A DNA stretch of 64,000 nt. Origin: an uncultured Pelagibacteraceae bacterium. GTDB taxonomy: Bacteria > Pseudomonadota > Alphaproteobacteria > Pelagibacterales > Pelagibacteraceae. Of this stretch, positions 60,996 to 64,000 are shown one piece after another (within the stretch, counting starts at the first letter, position 1; every line of letters begins with the position of its first letter). The DNA lies in the NCBI GenBank assembly GCA_902571235.1, contig CACGBI010000003.1, positions 315-64,314 of the forward strand. The letters are read 5' to 3'. The translations under genes and the position numbers were made by a program. The notes below the pieces were generated by a model. It was not told the DNA's origin. It searched no databases and saw nothing but the letters and a program-made list of their open reading frames with translations.

Positions 60996-63215
60996 ATGGA
61001 AAACAAAAAAACAAAATTAACAATTTCAGGTACACCCAAAAAATCGATCAAAAATATTGAGATTGCTAAAACTCAGGGCAAAAATTCTGTTTTAATTGAA
61101 AAAACAAAAAATAATTTTGTTAAAAAGGGCGGTGCATTTAGATCCTCAGGTGTAAGTGTAAAACCAAAATCAACTTCATCTTTTAGTCGAAATGCACCTT
61201 TAAAATCTTCATTTGGAAACAAAATATCTCCGATAACAAATGATTTTGAAAGAAGAAAACTTGCAGAACAAAGAGCTACCAAAAGACTTAAAGGAGAAAA
61301 TGATGGAAGAAAACTTAAACTTGGAACAAAAAAAAGAGAGACTAAGTTAACAGTTTCAAGAGCTTTAAGCGATGAAATTGAAGCAAGAGAAAGAAGCTTA
61401 GCGTCTGTAAAAAGAGCAAGGGAAAAAGAGCAAAAGAATTTAAACAAAGATGATAATAAAGAAAATTTAAAGCCTGTTAAGAGAGACATAAATATTCCTG
61501 AAGCTATAACGGTCAGAGAGCTTGCAAATAGAATGGCAGAGCAATCAAGCAATGTAATTAAATATCTTTTTGGAATGGGTGTTACGGTAACAATTAATCA
61601 GACATTAGCTGCCGATACGGCAGAATTCTTGGTTAAAGAGTTTGGACATAATCCAATTCGTGAGGAAAAAGCTGAGGAAATAATTAAAAAGATAAAAGCA
61701 ACTAGAGTAGAAAACCTAAAAAATAGACCACCAATAGTGACAGTGATGGGTCATGTTGATCATGGTAAAACTTCGGTTCTTGATGTGTTGAGAAGTGCAA
61801 ACGTAGTATCAGGTGAGTTTGGAGGAATTACCCAACATATTGGAGCTTATCAAATTGAAAGCCAGTCAAACAAGCTAACTTTTATTGATACTCCTGGTCA
61901 CGCAGCTTTTACGGAGATGAGAGCAAGAGGATCTAAATTAACTGATGTTGTTGTATTAGTAGTAGCAGCAGATGATGGTGTAAAACCTCAAACTATAGAG
62001 TCTATTAAGCATGCAAAAGCAGCAAATGTTCCGATTGTGGTAGCTATTAACAAATGTGATTTACCAGAAGCAGATCCCCAAAAAATAAAAAATCAGTTAT
62101 TAGAATATGAATTGATAGCAGAAGATTTATCGGGAGATACTTTAATGGTTGAAATATCTGCTAAAACAAAATTAAATTTAGATAAATTGATTGAGTCGAT
62201 TATACTTCAAGCTGAAATTTTAGATTTAAAAACTGATTTTGATTCAAAAGCTACAGGCGTGGTTTTAGAGTCAAAAATTGACGTAGGAAGAGGACCTGTA
62301 GCAACAATAATTGTAACGACAGGAACGCTTAAAAAAGGTGATTTTTTTGTAAGTGGATTAAAGTGGGGAAAGGTTAGAGCGATCATAAATGATAAAGGAA
62401 AAAATATTAATGAAGCTGCACCATCAACACCTGTTGAAATCTTGGGTATTAATGGAGCGGCAAAAGCGGGAGATGATTTTATTGTATTAAGCAATGAGAA
62501 AGAGGCTAAAACTTTAAGTGAAAATAGAGCTGAGGAAGCAAAAGTTGGAAAAAATCCATTATCTTTTGCAACTCAAGAGTCCGCGTTTACAGATAAATCA
62601 GTAGAGGAACTAAATTTAATAATTAAATCAGATGTTCACGGTTCATCAGAAGCTATTAAAAATGCAATAAGCCAAATAAAACATGATGAAGTTAAACCAA
62701 AAATTATTTTAGCAGACATTGGTATGGTTACTGAAACAGATGTAACTTTAGCAAAAGCCTCGAATGCAGTATTGATAGCTTTTAATGTTAAACCAAGTAA
62801 GGAAGCAAAAAAACTTGCTGAAAGCGAAAATATTATAATTTCTTCTTATAATATAATCTATGAAGTTTTAGATTACATTAAACAAAGAATGTCTGGCTTA
62901 CTTACACCAGACGTTCAAGAAACAATAATGGGCACTGCACAGATTTTAGAAATTTTTAAAGTCTCAGGAGCTGGAAAAGTTGCTGGTTGTAAGATTACAG
63001 AAGGTGAAATTACTGGAACTTCAGATGTAAGATTGATTAGAGACGGAGTGATAATTTATACTGGTAAAGTAGGCACATTATTTAGAGAAAAAAATCAGGT
63101 GAAACAGGTAAGTAATGGTCAGGAATGTGGAATTACGGTAAAAGATTATATGGATTTTCAAAAAGATGACATAATAGAAGCATTTAATGTGATTTCAAAA
63201 GAGAGAACAATATAA
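60996..63215 (+). CDS. infB: Translation initiation factor IF-2
   Basis: GHVDHGKT, GGITQHIG, DTPGHAAF, NKCD, ECGI. Confidence 0.98.
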   Translation: MENKKTKLTISGTPKKSIKNIEIAKTQGKNSVLIEKTKNNFVKKGGAFRSSGVSVKPKSTSSFSRNAPLKSSFGNKISPITNDFERRKLAEQRATKRLKGENDGRKLKLGTKKRETKLTVSRALSDEIEARERSLASVKRAREKEQKNLNKDDNKENLKPVKRDINIPEAITVRELANRMAEQSSNVIKYLFGMGVTVTINQTLAADTAEFLVKEFGHNPIREEKAEEIIKKIKATRVENLKNRPPIVTVMGHVDHGKTSVLDVLRSANVVSGEFGGITQHIGAYQIESQSNKLTFIDTPGHAAFTEMRARGSKLTDVVVLVVAADDGVKPQTIESIKHAKAANVPIVVAINKCDLPEADPQKIKNQLLEYELIAEDLSGDTLMVEISAKTKLNLDKLIESIILQAEILDLKTDFDSKATGVVLESKIDVGRGPVATIIVTTGTLKKGDFFVSGLKWGKVRAIINDKGKNINEAAPSTPVEILGINGAAKAGDDFIVLSNEKEAKTLSENRAEEAKVGKNPLSFATQESAFTDKSVEELNLIIKSDVHGSSEAIKNAISQIKHDEVKPKIILADIGMVTETDVTLAKASNAVLIAFNVKPSKEAKKLAESENIIISSYNIIYEVLDYIKQRMSGLLTPDVQETIMGTAQILEIFKVSGAGKVAGCKITEGEITGTSDVRLIRDGVIIYTGKVGTLFREKNQVKQVSNGQECGITVKDYMDFQKDDIIEAFNVISKERTI

Positions 63216-63583
63216 TGGCTGACAGAATAGGAAAACCAATCTCACAACGACAGTTAAGAGTTGGAGAAATGATAAAACAATCTTTAAGCATGATTTTTAT
63301 AAAAAATGAGGCAAAGATTCCCAACTTAGAAACAAATACAATTACAGTAACTGAAGTTAAAATGAGTCAAGATCTCAAAATAGCAAAAGCGTATGTTATG
63401 CCACTTGGTGGTAAAAATGCTGATGAAGTAATTAATCAACTTAAGGAATATTCTTTTTTAATAAGAAAAATATTGTCTAAGAAAGTATTTATGAAATTTT
63501 TACCAAAATTACTATTTAAAAAAGATGAATCTTTTGAGTATGCGGAAAAAATAGAAAATTTAATAAAACAAACAAACAAGTAA
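63215..63583 (+). CDS. rbfA: Ribosome-binding factor A
   Basis: RQLRVGE, TVTEVKMSQDLKIA, P.L.FKKDESF. Confidence 0.94.
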   Translation: MADRIGKPISQRQLRVGEMIKQSLSMIFIKNEAKIPNLETNTITVTEVKMSQDLKIAKAYVMPLGGKNADEVINQLKEYSFLIRKILSKKVFMKFLPKLLFKKDESFEYAEKIENLIKQTNK

Positions 63584-63594
63584 GGAAAAAAAGT

Positions 63595-63843
63595 ATGAAC
63601 AGTAAGGCAAAAGAATTAGCAATTCATGAAAAAGATACAGGATCCTCAGAGATCCAGGTTGCATTGCTAACTGAGAAGATAGAAACCCTCTCAAAACATA
63701 TCAAACAATTCAAAAAAGATAAGCATTCTTCTGTTGGATTGTTAAGAGCAGTAAATAGACGAAAGAAATTGTTAGAGTACTTAAAGAAAAACAAAATGGA
63801 CTCTTATAAAAATGTACTGTCTAAATTGAATTTGAGAAAATAA
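63595..63843 (+). CDS. rpsO: 30S ribosomal protein S15
   Basis: DTGSSEIQVALLT, KDKHS..GL...V.RRKKLL.YL, LRK. Confidence 0.95.
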   Translation: MNSKAKELAIHEKDTGSSEIQVALLTEKIETLSKHIKQFKKDKHSSVGLLRAVNRRKKLLEYLKKNKMDSYKNVLSKLNLRK

Positions 63844-63862
63844 AAAAAAGATAAGTTAGGTT

Positions 63863-63898
63863 GAATGGAACGAAACGAAACGAAATGGAAATGAAATG
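63863..63898 (+). repeat. Short imperfect GAAAY/GGAAY tandem repeat
   Basis: gaat-ggaac-gaaac-gaaac-gaaat-ggaaat-gaaat-g running into the pnp ATG. Confidence 0.6.
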
Positions 63899-64000
63899 TT
63901 TAAAGTATACAAGAAAGAGATAGAAGTAGCGGGAAAGAAGATACGTTTAGAAACAGGTAAAGTAGCAAGGCAGGCAGACGGAGCAATTATTGCTTCATGT
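63896..64000 (+). CDS. pnp: Polyribonucleotide nucleotidyltransferase (5' end; runs off window)
   Basis: [35 protein letters not shown]; follows rpsO. Confidence 0.93.
   Translation, partial: MFKVYKKEIEVAGKKIRLETGKVARQADGAIIASC

Noticed and set aside
2772-62494. Numerous 60-160 aa antisense ORFs inside ftsK, hslU, rho, dnaK, maeB, infB and others
   Set aside because: Shadow ORFs opposite conserved genes, with no motifs or expression signals
1-64000. CRISPR arrays, IS elements, prophage, riboswitches, defence systems
   Set aside because: No repeat-spacer arrays, transposase/integrase motifs or unexplained large gaps seen by eye; an Rfam scan would be needed to exclude small RNAs

Overview
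Very AT-rich, extremely gene-dense core-genome segment of a streamlined alphaproteobacterium. Gene content, synteny and tiny intergenic spaces point to SAR11/Pelagibacteraceae (inference). It spans the probable replication origin between a DUF299/PSRP gene and hemE (15921-16199) and a perfect parS palindrome inside rsmG just upstream of parAB. The rest is mostly housekeeping: his cluster, hslVU, secB, dnaQ-coaE-aroE-maf, hemEHJ-rho, mnmEG-rsmG-parAB, leuS-lptE-holA, a porin, dnaKJ-grpE, maeB, murJ-trpS, fur-miaB-phoH-ybeY-lnt-metK, nusA-infB-rbfA-rpsO-pnp and one tRNA-Gly. I saw no mobile elements, CRISPR arrays or defence systems, and I cannot claim a clearly new biological system. The best leads are a CenR-like regulator with an eroded receiver domain, a mirror-symmetric bidirectional promoter, RpoH-type promoters positioned to give leaderless mRNAs, head-to-head overlapping start codons, a terminator-type leader retained before nusA, a frameshifted hisE and two accessory genes inserted into conserved operons. 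All homology calls come from motif recognition by eye; no searches were run.
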